From positions 2,147,645-2,211,644 of the forward strand of contig JAWPMS010000001.1 of assembly GCA_033344795.1 (NCBI GenBank): a stretch of 64,000 nt of DNA, in the 5' to 3' direction. Of this stretch, positions 1 to 9,223 are shown piece after piece. This DNA comes from Acidimicrobiia bacterium (GTDB taxonomy: Bacteria > Actinomycetota > Acidimicrobiia > Acidimicrobiales > SHLQ01). Both the position numbers and the translations under genes were made by a program. Under the pieces are notes generated by a model. The model saw only the letters and a program-made list of their open reading frames with translations. It did no database searches and was not told the origin of the DNA. How positions within the stretch are numbered: position 1 is the first letter of the stretch; each line of letters begins with the position of its first letter.

Positions 1-581
1 CGTCCGATCTCCTCAGCGTCGGCGATCCCTCCGGCGAACGTGACTCGGGCGTCACCTGCTGCTTCGAGGTAGCGCTGCAATGTGTCCGAGTCCGTTCCCG
101 TCATTCGCCCTTCGCGCTCGACGAACGTCAGGAGGAACCCGGACGTCAAGCCACGCAGCTCGGCCAGTTTGTCTTCGACTCGAGTTCCGGTTCCCTTGGT
201 CCATCCATGGGTGACCACTTCGCCATCGAAGCTGTCGAGCGCGACCACGGTGCGGTCGGGTGGGAGCGCTCGGAGAACCTCGGGCGTTGCCGCCGTACCG
301 AGGACGACCTTGTGCGCTCCAGCGTCGAGCCATTCGATGGCGGCCTCGACCGATCGGATGCCACCGCCGACGCGCACGGGGGCCAGGGGAAGGAGCTCGT
401 TGATCAGCGCGGTGTTGTTGCCGGTTCCGAGTGCTGCATCGAGATCGACGACGGCGATCTCTCCGATGCGTCCGAATTTCTCCGCGAGCGGTCGGGGGTC
501 ACCGGCAGAGAGTGCATGTTCCTTGCCTCCGATGAGTTGTACGGCTTGCCCGCCCATGAGGTCGATCGGTGGAATCAGCAT
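1..581 (-). CDS. HisA/HisF-family (beta/alpha)8 barrel protein, 3' end cut by window edge
   Basis: Absent from the ORF track because it runs off the window. Reverse complement from ATG at 581 reads MLIPPIDLMGGQAVQLIGGKEH...VRVGGGIRS...HKVVLGTAA, the ProFAR-isomerase (HisA/PriA-like) pattern. Confidence 0.6.
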   Translation of the reverse strand, partial: MLIPPIDLMGGQAVQLIGGKEHALSAGDPRPLAEKFGRIGEIAVVDLDAALGTGNNTALINELLPLAPVRVGGGIRSVEAAIEWLDAGAHKVVLGTAATPEVLRALPPDRTVVALDSFDGEVVTHGWTKGTGTRVEDKLAELRGLTSGFLLTFVEREGRMTGTDSDTLQRYLEAAGDARVTFAGGIADAEEIG

Positions 582-667
582 TGAACCAGCATGAGGGGTC
601 GATCCATCATCCCCAACATCGGTCCACCGGTTTGGGGTCACCAGCCCCGCGTCATAACGTGACCGCG

Positions 668-1777
668 ATGGATGCAATGCACCCCGATACCTGGCTCATC
701 TCGCAAGGCAGACCAACAGAGCTCGGCGACCCGCTCAACTGGCCCCCGGTCATGGCGTCGAACTTTCGACTGCCCAGCGAGCGGTACTACAACCGCACCG
801 AGGGCACCGAGACGCAGAATGCGCTCGAAGATCTTGTCGGCGGGCTCGAGTCGGGGAGGGCACTCGTTTTCTCGAGCGGGATGGCGGCCGTGGCCTGCGT
901 ATTTCACGGCTTGCCAGTCGGATCCACCCTGGTCATTCCCGAAGACCCGTACCACGCGGTGAACGGACTTGCCGTCGAAGGCGAACAACAGGGTCGCTGG
1001 ACCGTCCGTCGTCTCGACCTCGCCGATACGCAGGGTTGGGTCGATGCGGCGCTGGAGGCCGATCTCTTGTGGATCGAAACCCCCGCCAATCCACTGATGA
1101 CGGTGGCGGATCTGCCTGCGATCTGCAGTGCGCCTCGCAAGCCCGGTTGCCTCGTCGCCGTTGATGGCACTTTTGCCACACCGCTGCTCCAACGACCGCT
1201 CGAGCTTGGCGCCGACATCAGCATGCACTCGGTCACGAAGTTCATCGGGGGCCACTCCGACCTGATGGGCGGCTCGCTCGCCGTGCGCGATGACTCGCTG
1301 TACGACGAGCTCTGGGATCGTCGAGTTCGCAACGGCGGCACGATTGGGGGGCTCGAGGCGTTCCTGTCCATCCGGGGTGCGAGAACGCTTGGCCTGCGTA
1401 TGGAACGGGCCGCGTCGAACGCCCACGTTCTCGCCGAGCGGCTTGCGGAACACCGCGAGGTGGCGGTGGTTCGTTATCCCGGTCTCAGCAGTCATCCCAC
1501 GCATTCGAACGCGGCGTCGTTCATGGACGGGTTCGGAGCGATGATGAGCTTCGACGTGACCGGTGCGGGCGAACGTGCCAGTGCCGTCGTCGAGCACACC
1601 AAAATCGTCAACAACGCGACGAGTCTCGGAGGCATCGAGTCCACGTGGGAGCGGCGAGCGCTCATCCCCGGCCAGGAGTCGATGCCTGCCACGCTCATCC
1701 GATTCTCCGTGGGCTGCGAACATGTCGAGGACCTCTGGCTCGACATCTCAAATGCGCTCGAGTCGACGGCTCCATAA
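668..1777 (+). CDS. Cys/Met-metabolism PLP-dependent enzyme (cystathionine gamma-synthase/lyase family)
   Basis: ORF 569..1777. PLP-lysine motif SVTKFIGGHSDLMGG. ATG at 668 (MDAMHPDTW) chosen as start because upstream residues look non-coding. Confidence 0.8.
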   Translation: MDAMHPDTWLISQGRPTELGDPLNWPPVMASNFRLPSERYYNRTEGTETQNALEDLVGGLESGRALVFSSGMAAVACVFHGLPVGSTLVIPEDPYHAVNGLAVEGEQQGRWTVRRLDLADTQGWVDAALEADLLWIETPANPLMTVADLPAICSAPRKPGCLVAVDGTFATPLLQRPLELGADISMHSVTKFIGGHSDLMGGSLAVRDDSLYDELWDRRVRNGGTIGGLEAFLSIRGARTLGLRMERAASNAHVLAERLAEHREVAVVRYPGLSSHPTHSNAASFMDGFGAMMSFDVTGAGERASAVVEHTKIVNNATSLGGIESTWERRALIPGQESMPATLIRFSVGCEHVEDLWLDISNALESTAP

Positions 1778-2616
1778 TGTCCGTGCCGATCGATCCGACC
1801 GCTGATTGGTTGGACGATCTCCCCCTCGTTCCGGGTCCGCCGGACCTTCGCATGGGCACCCACGCACTCGACATCCGCGAGTGGTTCCCGGTAGACGCAC
1901 ACACCGCGACGGAACTGGAGCTCCGTCGCCGGCTTTTAGAGGAAGACGACAGTCTCGTCCGATTGGTGCCAGGTCACGAAGATGCGGTTGAAGAGCTGAT
2001 GGCCCTCGCCGGAATTCACCTCGGTCGGCGGCTCGCTCCAACGGGCGTCGCGTCGCTCGAGCAACTCGCGGTATCCGTTCCCGATGATGTGCTGTTGCTC
2101 TGGCGCGATCACGCGCACTGGCGCCTCATCGGTGGGGCGCTGCTGTTTCCCAACCAATGGACTCTCGAAGAGAAGATTGGGCGCACCGTGGCCAACATTC
2201 ATGCTCCGGTCGACGGCTATGACGAGCTGCTCGAAACCAAGGTCGACACGTTCTTCGACAAACTCACCGCTGCTCGGCCGGCATGGCGTCGGAACTGGTT
2301 CGTGCATGACGATCCGACGTTTCACCTGCCAGACCGGACGAGCCATCGCGCGATCTCTGACCCCGAGGAAGTGGCTTCATTGTGGATTCGCTCGGAGTGG
2401 CAGACCCTGAGGCGCCTTGCCTTCAGCGGTCGTATCGTCTTCACCGTCAAGACGCAGGTGGCTTCGATGGATCAGCTGGCAGCGAGGCCATTGGCGGCAG
2501 CGCAGATGGTGGCGTATCTCGAATCGGCTTCGGAGCGAGCACTGCGTAACACGGACACCATGGGCCGAAGCGATGCGATCATCGAGTTCTTGCGTCGGTC
2601 CTCATCGATGCGCTGA
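1777..2616 (+). CDS. DUF3445-family protein (heme-dependent oxidative N-demethylase alpha-subunit-like)
   Basis: ORF 1645..2616. Internal ATG at 1777 overlaps the upstream stop (TAATG). Family call from overall resemblance only (…LLFPNQWTLEEKIG…RRNWFVHDD…). Confidence 0.5.
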   Translation: MSVPIDPTADWLDDLPLVPGPPDLRMGTHALDIREWFPVDAHTATELELRRRLLEEDDSLVRLVPGHEDAVEELMALAGIHLGRRLAPTGVASLEQLAVSVPDDVLLLWRDHAHWRLIGGALLFPNQWTLEEKIGRTVANIHAPVDGYDELLETKVDTFFDKLTAARPAWRRNWFVHDDPTFHLPDRTSHRAISDPEEVASLWIRSEWQTLRRLAFSGRIVFTVKTQVASMDQLAARPLAAAQMVAYLESASERALRNTDTMGRSDAIIEFLRRSSSMR

Positions 2617-3378
2617 TCAGGCCGTCCAGGTGGGCGGGCGCTTCTCGAGGTACGCCGCCATCCCCTCGGCGGCTTCATCCGAGGCGAAGAGCTGCGCTGA
2701 GCGCGCAGCAGCCCACACAAAGGCGTCGTCCGGGTGCATCTGGGGGATGCGCTGAAGGACATCCTTCGCCGCCGCGAGAGCGTTCGGGCCGCCGAGCAGG
2801 AGATCATCGACGATTGCGTCGACTTCATCGTCCAGCTGCTCGGGTTCGACAGCCTTGGTGATCAGCCCGAGTCGGGCCGCCTCGGCTCCATCGAATCTCT
2901 GGCCGCGCAAGAAGGCCGAGCGAGCGTCGCCAAGACGCATCTTTGGCAGACAGATCACCGAGATGATCGCTGGAGCGACACCGAGGCGAACTTCGGTGAA
3001 GCCAAACTTGGCGTCGACATGCGCGACCGAGATGTCGAGCGCGGCGGCAAGTCCGGTCCCTCCAGCCACCGCATGTCCTGCGATCCGTCCGACCCAAGGT
3101 TTTGGTGAGTCCTGAATTCGTCGGAACAAGGCAAGCGGGTCCACCGCTGCGCTGTCACCCGAGGAGGTGGATCGTTCACTGAGGTCGGCGCCAGCACAAA
3201 AGACCGATCCGGTGTTTGTGATCACCGCGACTCGAACCGCTGGGTCGGTGTCCACACGATCCATGGCCGCCACCAATTCCGTGGTCAGACCCTGGCTCAA
3301 GGCGTTTCGTTTGGCCGGGTCGTCGAGTGTGATCGTGTACACCCCTCGGCTGTCGAGACGTGTGTCGACGACGGTCAT
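2617..3378 (-). CDS. enoyl-CoA hydratase/isomerase (crotonase) family protein
   Basis: 253-aa ORF. Typical crotonase N-terminus ITLDDPAKRNAL and oxyanion-hole segment FCAGADLSE. Confidence 0.85.
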   Translation of the reverse strand: MTVVDTRLDSRGVYTITLDDPAKRNALSQGLTTELVAAMDRVDTDPAVRVAVITNTGSVFCAGADLSERSTSSGDSAAVDPLALFRRIQDSPKPWVGRIAGHAVAGGTGLAAALDISVAHVDAKFGFTEVRLGVAPAIISVICLPKMRLGDARSAFLRGQRFDGAEAARLGLITKAVEPEQLDDEVDAIVDDLLLGGPNALAAAKDVLQRIPQMHPDDAFVWAAARSAQLFASDEAAEGMAAYLEKRPPTWTA

Positions 3379-3479
3379 GCTGATCCTCTCGAGTCGTGTG
3401 CGGTACTGAAGTGGCCCCGTCAGTACCCTTCCAAACTACTATGAGCAACGCCTTGCCACGGCGCCCAGGAGGATTGCTC

Positions 3480-4718
3480 ATGGACTTCGACATGCCACAA
3501 GCCGATGATGAGCGTCGCGTGGCCGTCCGTGCGTGGATAGAAGCCAATCCGAATCCGAGCGACCGCGACATTGCAGAAGCTGGCTGGAACGTGCCCCATT
3601 GGCCCGCTCCCTTTGGCATCGATGCCGACCCGATGCACCAACTGGTCATCGCTGAAGAATTCGCGGCCGCCGACATTCGTATGCCCCTCAACCTCATTGG
3701 GATCGGCTGGGCGGCGCCGGTCATCTATCTGTACGGAACCGAAGAACAGAAGGAGACGTACCTGCCTGGGATCTTCAGCGATGAAGACCACTGGTGCCAG
3801 CTGTTCAGTGAGCCCGACGCTGGTTCGGATCTTGCGAGCTTGTCGACCCGCGCAGTCCGCGATGGCGATGAGTATGTGATCACCGGATCCAAGATCTGGT
3901 CGACCGGCGCTCATCACTCCGACTACGGAATATTGCTCGCACGTACGGATCCTGATGCCCCCAAACACCGTGGGATCTCCTACTTCATCTATCCGATGGA
4001 CACTCCAGGAACCACGTTGTCTCCGATCGTCGACATGACAACGGCGCACTCCTTCAACCAGGTGTTCTTCGACGAGGCTCGAATCCCTGCTGCGATGTTG
4101 GTGGGTGAGGAAGGTGAAGGCTGGCGGCTCGCAAAGGCCACCTTGGCAAACGAACGCGTCGGACTCTCGTCCGGCGGGGCGATATGGGGGCAGGGTCCAA
4201 GCATGGACGATCTGCTCGAGCTGATCCGAGCGAACGGTGGCGTCGCCGACCCGATCCTGCGGAATCGGACTGCTCAACTTCACATCGAGGCCGAAGTTCT
4301 ACGGCTCAACCAACTTCGCACGTTGAGCGCGCAACTTGCAGGAGAGACCCCTGGACCGGAAGCGTCCATTCAAAAGATCATGGCCGACGAACTTGGTCAG
4401 GAGATCATGGCCCTGGCCAAGGACTTGTCCGGACCGGCCGGAATGATCGAGGGTTCTGGACCGGCAGGCGCGATTCCACGGACGCGTCAGTCTGGCGCCA
4501 CCGAGATCAATTTCCCGCGTGGCCCCGACAGTGCATTTCCCGACGTTGATCCCGTTTGGCACTACGGCTTCATGTTCGGCCCGGCGCTGACCATCGGCGG
4601 GGGTACGTTCGCCATCCAGCGCAACATCGTGGCCGAACAGGTCCTCGGGTTGCCACGGGAGCCAAACGTCGAGCAAGGCCTCACCTGGTCTGAGACGAGA
4701 GCATTGAGCAGTCCGTGA
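3480..4718 (+). CDS. acyl-CoA dehydrogenase
   Basis: ORF 3396..4718. ACAD motifs FSEPDAGSDLASLSTRAVRDGDEYVITGSKIWST. Start set at ATG 3480 (MDFDMPQ). Confidence 0.85.
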   Translation: MDFDMPQADDERRVAVRAWIEANPNPSDRDIAEAGWNVPHWPAPFGIDADPMHQLVIAEEFAAADIRMPLNLIGIGWAAPVIYLYGTEEQKETYLPGIFSDEDHWCQLFSEPDAGSDLASLSTRAVRDGDEYVITGSKIWSTGAHHSDYGILLARTDPDAPKHRGISYFIYPMDTPGTTLSPIVDMTTAHSFNQVFFDEARIPAAMLVGEEGEGWRLAKATLANERVGLSSGGAIWGQGPSMDDLLELIRANGGVADPILRNRTAQLHIEAEVLRLNQLRTLSAQLAGETPGPEASIQKIMADELGQEIMALAKDLSGPAGMIEGSGPAGAIPRTRQSGATEINFPRGPDSAFPDVDPVWHYGFMFGPALTIGGGTFAIQRNIVAEQVLGLPREPNVEQGLTWSETRALSSP

Positions 4719-4767
4719 ATTTCCAACTCGAGCCGACCGGAAGCGTTCAGAGAAAGCAGCGACCGAC

Positions 4768-5904
4768 ATGAAAACTGCCATCACAGAGATGTTCGACCTC
4801 GACATTCCGATCTTGGCGTTCAGCCATTGTCGCGACGTTGTCGCGGCCGTGAGCAAAGCCGGTGGGATGGGGGTGTTGGGTGCGGTTGCCCACACGCCGG
4901 AGAGCCTCGAGATCGATTTGGCGTGGATCGAGGCTGAAATTGGTGACCGGCCCTATGGCGTCGACTTGATCGTGCCTGCGAAGTACGAGGGCTCGGATAG
5001 CGGCGGCGTGACGACCAAACAGATCGTCGATGCGATTCCCGAAGAGCATCGCCGATTCGTCGATGAAATCCTGGCGCGGTACGAGGTGCCACCGATGCCC
5101 GACGGTGAGCGAGGCGGCGCCTTGACCAACACCGAAGACGCGCTGTTCTCGGCCAACAATGCTGCTCCGCAGCTCGAAATCTCGCTCGCGTTCTCCTCCG
5201 CGCTGATCGTCAACGCCCTCGGACCACCGACCACAGAGATGATCGAGAGGTCCAAAGCAGCAGGGAAGAAGGTCGGAGCGTTGGCCGGCAGGCCGCAACA
5301 CGCAGAGCGCCACGTGAACGCCGGCGTCGACATGATCATCGCTCAGGGCTCGGAGGCGGGTGGTCATACGGGCGAGATCGGATCGATGGTCTTGATCCCG
5401 GAGATCGTCGACGCGGTCGGTGAAACCCCCGTTCTCGGTGCGGGAGGAATCGGACGTGGACGCCAGATGGCAGCAGCCATGGCTCTCGGTGCCCAAGGCG
5501 TGTGGTGTGGCTCCGTTTGGTTGACCACCGATGAGGCCGAGACCCATCCGACCGTGAAGCAGAAGTTTCTCCGGGCATCGTCGGCCGACACGATTCGCAG
5601 TCGATCGCGCACCGGCAAGCCAGCCCGTCAGCTCACATCTGCATGGACGCAGGAGTGGGAGAATCCCGAGACTCCCATGCCCTTGGGCATGCCAGCACAG
5701 CCGATCCTCGTCGACCAAGCGCTCGCTCGAATCGATCGTGCCGCATTCGCCGAAGACAGCGGCGCAGCGAAGCTCGCCAACTACTTCGTCGGACAGGTGG
5801 TGGGCACCATGAACGAGTCGAAGCCGGCCGCTCAGGTGGTCTTTGAGATGGTCGATGAGTTCATAGATGCCACGCAGGCGTTAGGACGGCTCCTCGACAG
5901 CTGA
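4768..5904 (+). CDS. nitronate monooxygenase (2-nitropropane dioxygenase) family protein
   Basis: 378-aa ORF. N-terminus MFDLDIPILAFSH…AGGMGVLGA and IIAQGSEAGGHTG are typical of the NMO/NPD family. Confidence 0.8.
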   Translation: MKTAITEMFDLDIPILAFSHCRDVVAAVSKAGGMGVLGAVAHTPESLEIDLAWIEAEIGDRPYGVDLIVPAKYEGSDSGGVTTKQIVDAIPEEHRRFVDEILARYEVPPMPDGERGGALTNTEDALFSANNAAPQLEISLAFSSALIVNALGPPTTEMIERSKAAGKKVGALAGRPQHAERHVNAGVDMIIAQGSEAGGHTGEIGSMVLIPEIVDAVGETPVLGAGGIGRGRQMAAAMALGAQGVWCGSVWLTTDEAETHPTVKQKFLRASSADTIRSRSRTGKPARQLTSAWTQEWENPETPMPLGMPAQPILVDQALARIDRAAFAEDSGAAKLANYFVGQVVGTMNESKPAAQVVFEMVDEFIDATQALGRLLDS

Positions 5905-5917
5905 GAGGTGATGACTC

Positions 5918-8638
5918 ATGACGGGAGAGCGTGAAAGCAGCGCAACAGCCACCCTCCCGTCTGGTGTTTTGACGGTGATGTTCACCGACCTCGAAGAGTC
6001 GGCCCTTCGATGGGAGCTCGATGCCGCGGAGATGCGGCGGGTGATGAACGTCCACGATGACGTTCTCGATCGCGCGGTGCTGGCTCACGGCGGGGTGGTG
6101 TTCAAGAGCACGGGTGATGGCATCGGCGCGGTGTTCTCCTCACCGGGTCAGGCCGTCGAGGCAGCAGTGACGGTACAGCGACAGTTACAGGGCGTTCCTT
6201 GGCGAAGCGAACGTCCCCGAGTTCGCATCGGAATGCACCTCGGCGACATCAGCCCGACGCGCGGCGACTACTACGGCGCAGACGTGAATCGAGCGGCCCG
6301 GATCATGGATGTTGCGAACGGTGATCAGATTGCTGTTTCCGCCGCGCTCGCCGAGTTCATCGCTCCCGAGCGTCGAACTGCATGCGGCGAGCACGAGCTT
6401 CGAGGTATCGGCAACGAATCGATTCACCTGGTCCGCGAGCCCGACCTGATCGATGACACCAGACCGCTTCGAGCCGTCGCCGTTCGGAGAACTCCTTCGC
6501 TGCCACCCGGGTTGGCTCGATCGGTCGGACGGACCCTCGAGGTCGACGAGATTGCTGAGCTCGTTCGCACGAACCGACTGGTCACCGTGGTCGGCGTGGG
6601 AGGGGTGGGCAAGACCCACGTTGGCCTCGCCGTTGGTCGTCGACTCGAACCGTCCTTTGCTGACGGCGCCGTGTTCGTGGAGCTCGGTTCAGTTCGCCAT
6701 GGCGACGACGTCGCGCCAGCTGTTGCGGCCGCTCTCGGAGCTCGGCTGCAGCCCGGACTCGACCTTCTCGACAGCATCGCCGACTACGTCAACGGTCGAG
6801 AGCTTCTGGTGCTCATAGACAATTGCGAACATGTGCTGGATTCGGCTCGGGCGGTCATTTCGTGCCTTCTGGAGTCGACCAATGTTGTGGTGCTCTCAAC
6901 CTCGAGATCATCATTTGGTGACTCCTACGAGCAGGTTTATCCTCTCGCACCGCTGGCTTCTCGGGATGGATCGGAGCTGTTCGCCGATCGTTCGGCCAGC
7001 CGAGATCCTCGCCTCGTTCCGACCACCGACGAGCGCGAGGTCGTCGCTCGAATCTGCGCCGCGGTCGGAGGCATTCCTCTTGGTATCGAGCTTGCCGCCG
7101 CCTGGGTTCGCGTCTTGCCGCTCGGTGACATCGCAGATCGACTCGAGCGGTCGCTCGACGTTGCTCGTTTGCAGCGAATCGCCACCGCCGGAGGGCGTCG
7201 CCAGGGTGCTCGGCAAGAGACTCTTCGATCAACGATCGAGTGGTCGTATCTCCAACTCACTGAACGCGAAGCGTTGTTGTTCGATCGGCTCTCGGTCTTT
7301 GTTGGCGGGTTCTCGATCGACGCTGCCCAGGCCGTTTGTGCTGGCGACGAACTTGAACCGGATGAGATCACCGCGCTCTTGATGGCGCTCGTAGATGCGT
7401 CCATGGTCACGGTCGAACGTGCGGTACACGATCGACGCTTTTCTACCTTGCGGCCGTTGCAGCTGTTCGGACGCGACAACCTCTCGAGCCGAGGTGAGGT
7501 CGAAGTGATGGCGCGGCGCCATGCGCGGTTCTTCGCCACCGCGGTTTCAGAGGCAAGTGCCCGCCTGGTGACCGACGACGAGCACGAGGTTTGGGACTGG
7601 CTCGCCGTCGAGTGGGCGAACGTTCGTGAAACGTTCGCGCGACTCCGACTCGATGGACAGCTCAATGACGCGGCACAGCTGCTCGTCGATCTCGGTTGGC
7701 ATGCGACCTTGTCTGTTCGCTCCGAGGTGTTTGCGTGGGCGGATGAGCTTCTGGCTGCGGATCGGTCGGACGACCTCGATGCCAAGGCATCACTACTGGG
7801 ACTTCGTGCGTTGCACAAATATTTCGTCGTCGATCCGGATAGTCGCTCCGACGCCGAACTCGGCTTGAGGCTCGACGGTGCCGATCCCGACGGATACTGC
7901 CGCATCGCCCTTGGCGCCGTGTGGGTCAACAACCAACACGCTGCGCACGAAAGCGAGCTCTGGACCAACGAGTGGCTCGCTTCCCTGACACCGAATTCTC
8001 CGGCGATGTCGAAACTGTGGGCGCATGGAATGCGCGCCTTTCATCTCTGTGTTCACGACCCCTTGTCGCCGAGCGCCCGAGAACACGTCGAGGCGATCGA
8101 GACGATGGCGGTGGAGAGTGGCAGCACGTCCGCTCGAGTACTCGCGCACTGGGCGAGGGGTATGTACGCAGTGTCGACCACTCTCGAGCACTCCGACGAT
8201 GTGCACGCGAGCACTGCCCTGGATGAGTGGCGAGCAGGACGAGAACTTGCGGAGTCGTTGTCCGAGGTCCACCTGCTTGCACACCTGATAACGAGCCTCG
8301 AATTGCACTTCACGGCCGCCGATGGCTCGGAAGGTGACGCCGTCCGCCTGGCGCGAGACGCACTTCGCCGAGCGCACAACCACCACTACCTGGCGGGGAC
8401 GAGTCATCTCTTTGGAGTGACCGCAATCGTGTTGGCACAGATGGGCAACGTCGATGTGGCGCGCCGCCTCCTGCCCGTCATGGTCGCGAACGGCCATCCG
8501 CCGCGTCAGAACGCTCTCGACGCGGTCGCGCCTGCTGACGGAGATGGACTTCTCCGCGAGCCGCCCACACTCTCGATTCACGAGGCAGCGCAATTGGCAG
8601 ATATTGCCCTGTCCCAAGCGCTGAGGGATCCAGCTTGA
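5918..8638 (+). CDS. class III adenylate/guanylate cyclase fused to P-loop STAND NTPase and helical-repeat C-terminus
   Basis: 906-aa ORF. Cyclase motifs VMFTDLEES…FKSTGDGIGAVF…YYGADVNRAARI. Walker A VVGVGGVGKTHV. Long alpha-helical TPR-like tail with no LuxR HTH. Confidence 0.8.
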   Translation: MTGERESSATATLPSGVLTVMFTDLEESALRWELDAAEMRRVMNVHDDVLDRAVLAHGGVVFKSTGDGIGAVFSSPGQAVEAAVTVQRQLQGVPWRSERPRVRIGMHLGDISPTRGDYYGADVNRAARIMDVANGDQIAVSAALAEFIAPERRTACGEHELRGIGNESIHLVREPDLIDDTRPLRAVAVRRTPSLPPGLARSVGRTLEVDEIAELVRTNRLVTVVGVGGVGKTHVGLAVGRRLEPSFADGAVFVELGSVRHGDDVAPAVAAALGARLQPGLDLLDSIADYVNGRELLVLIDNCEHVLDSARAVISCLLESTNVVVLSTSRSSFGDSYEQVYPLAPLASRDGSELFADRSASRDPRLVPTTDEREVVARICAAVGGIPLGIELAAAWVRVLPLGDIADRLERSLDVARLQRIATAGGRRQGARQETLRSTIEWSYLQLTEREALLFDRLSVFVGGFSIDAAQAVCAGDELEPDEITALLMALVDASMVTVERAVHDRRFSTLRPLQLFGRDNLSSRGEVEVMARRHARFFATAVSEASARLVTDDEHEVWDWLAVEWANVRETFARLRLDGQLNDAAQLLVDLGWHATLSVRSEVFAWADELLAADRSDDLDAKASLLGLRALHKYFVVDPDSRSDAELGLRLDGADPDGYCRIALGAVWVNNQHAAHESELWTNEWLASLTPNSPAMSKLWAHGMRAFHLCVHDPLSPSAREHVEAIETMAVESGSTSARVLAHWARGMYAVSTTLEHSDDVHASTALDEWRAGRELAESLSEVHLLAHLITSLELHFTAADGSEGDAVRLARDALRRAHNHHYLAGTSHLFGVTAIVLAQMGNVDVARRLLPVMVANGHPPRQNALDAVAPADGDGLLREPPTLSIHEAAQLADIALSQALRDPA

Positions 8639-8728
8639 GCCCCGTGGCTCTACACTTCGTTCATGACAGCTGATGAAGAAATTGACGCCTGGATCGCTGC
8701 GCTGCTGAAGTTCATCCAGGGGAACTGA

Positions 8729-9223
8729 GTGCCGAAACTTCGACCGGTTGACCTCGATTTCGTCGAGCGTGCTGAGAGCGTCCTGTCGACCGAGGTCGAT
8801 CTGCCCGCATCCATCGAGGAAGTCTGGGATGTCATCGTCGACAACAAGTCGTGGACGAACTGGCTCTTGGGTTGTCGTTCGATGCAGGCGTCACAGCCGA
8901 TCTGGAACGCCCCCGGCGACACTCGTCGCGTGCAACTCGGTGTGATAAATATCGACGAAGTCGCCGTGGCGATCGACAGACCGGGTCGATGGGCGATGTC
9001 GCTGACGAAGTCGAGCCTGCCGATCGCGTCGGCGATGCTCGAAATGCTGGAGCTGACGGACACCTCTCGTCACGGTGAGACGCGCACCGAGGTTCGATGG
9101 ACCGGAGCGCTCGATCACCTTCGATACCTCAGGCCGATGTCGACCGTGATCGAGACTCGCTTGATCGATCTCTGGGGTCGAAGCCTCGAAGCGTTGCACG
9201 ACGAAGTGGTGTCGAGGCGGTGA
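8729..9223 (+). CDS. SRPBCC (START/polyketide-cyclase-like) family protein
   Basis: 164-aa ORF with GTG start. Motif LPASIEEVWDVIVDNKSWTNW is typical of SRPBCC ligand-binding proteins. Confidence 0.6.
   Translation: MPKLRPVDLDFVERAESVLSTEVDLPASIEEVWDVIVDNKSWTNWLLGCRSMQASQPIWNAPGDTRRVQLGVINIDEVAVAIDRPGRWAMSLTKSSLPIASAMLEMLELTDTSRHGETRTEVRWTGALDHLRYLRPMSTVIETRLIDLWGRSLEALHDEVVSRR

Noticed and set aside
582-667. Possible SAM-type riboswitch in front of the Cys/Met PLP enzyme gene.
   Set aside because: The gap is only about 86 nt, is shared with a divergent gene, and has no recognisable SAM-I, SAM-II or SAM-IV core.
8663-8728. 21-codon ORF (MTADEEIDAWIAALLKFIQGN) in the same frame as the SRPBCC gene and separated from it by TGA. 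Considered as a second Sec/readthrough candidate.
   Set aside because: There is no redox motif at the TGA and no downstream hairpin. The GTG right after the stop is an adequate start. It is most likely a chance uORF.
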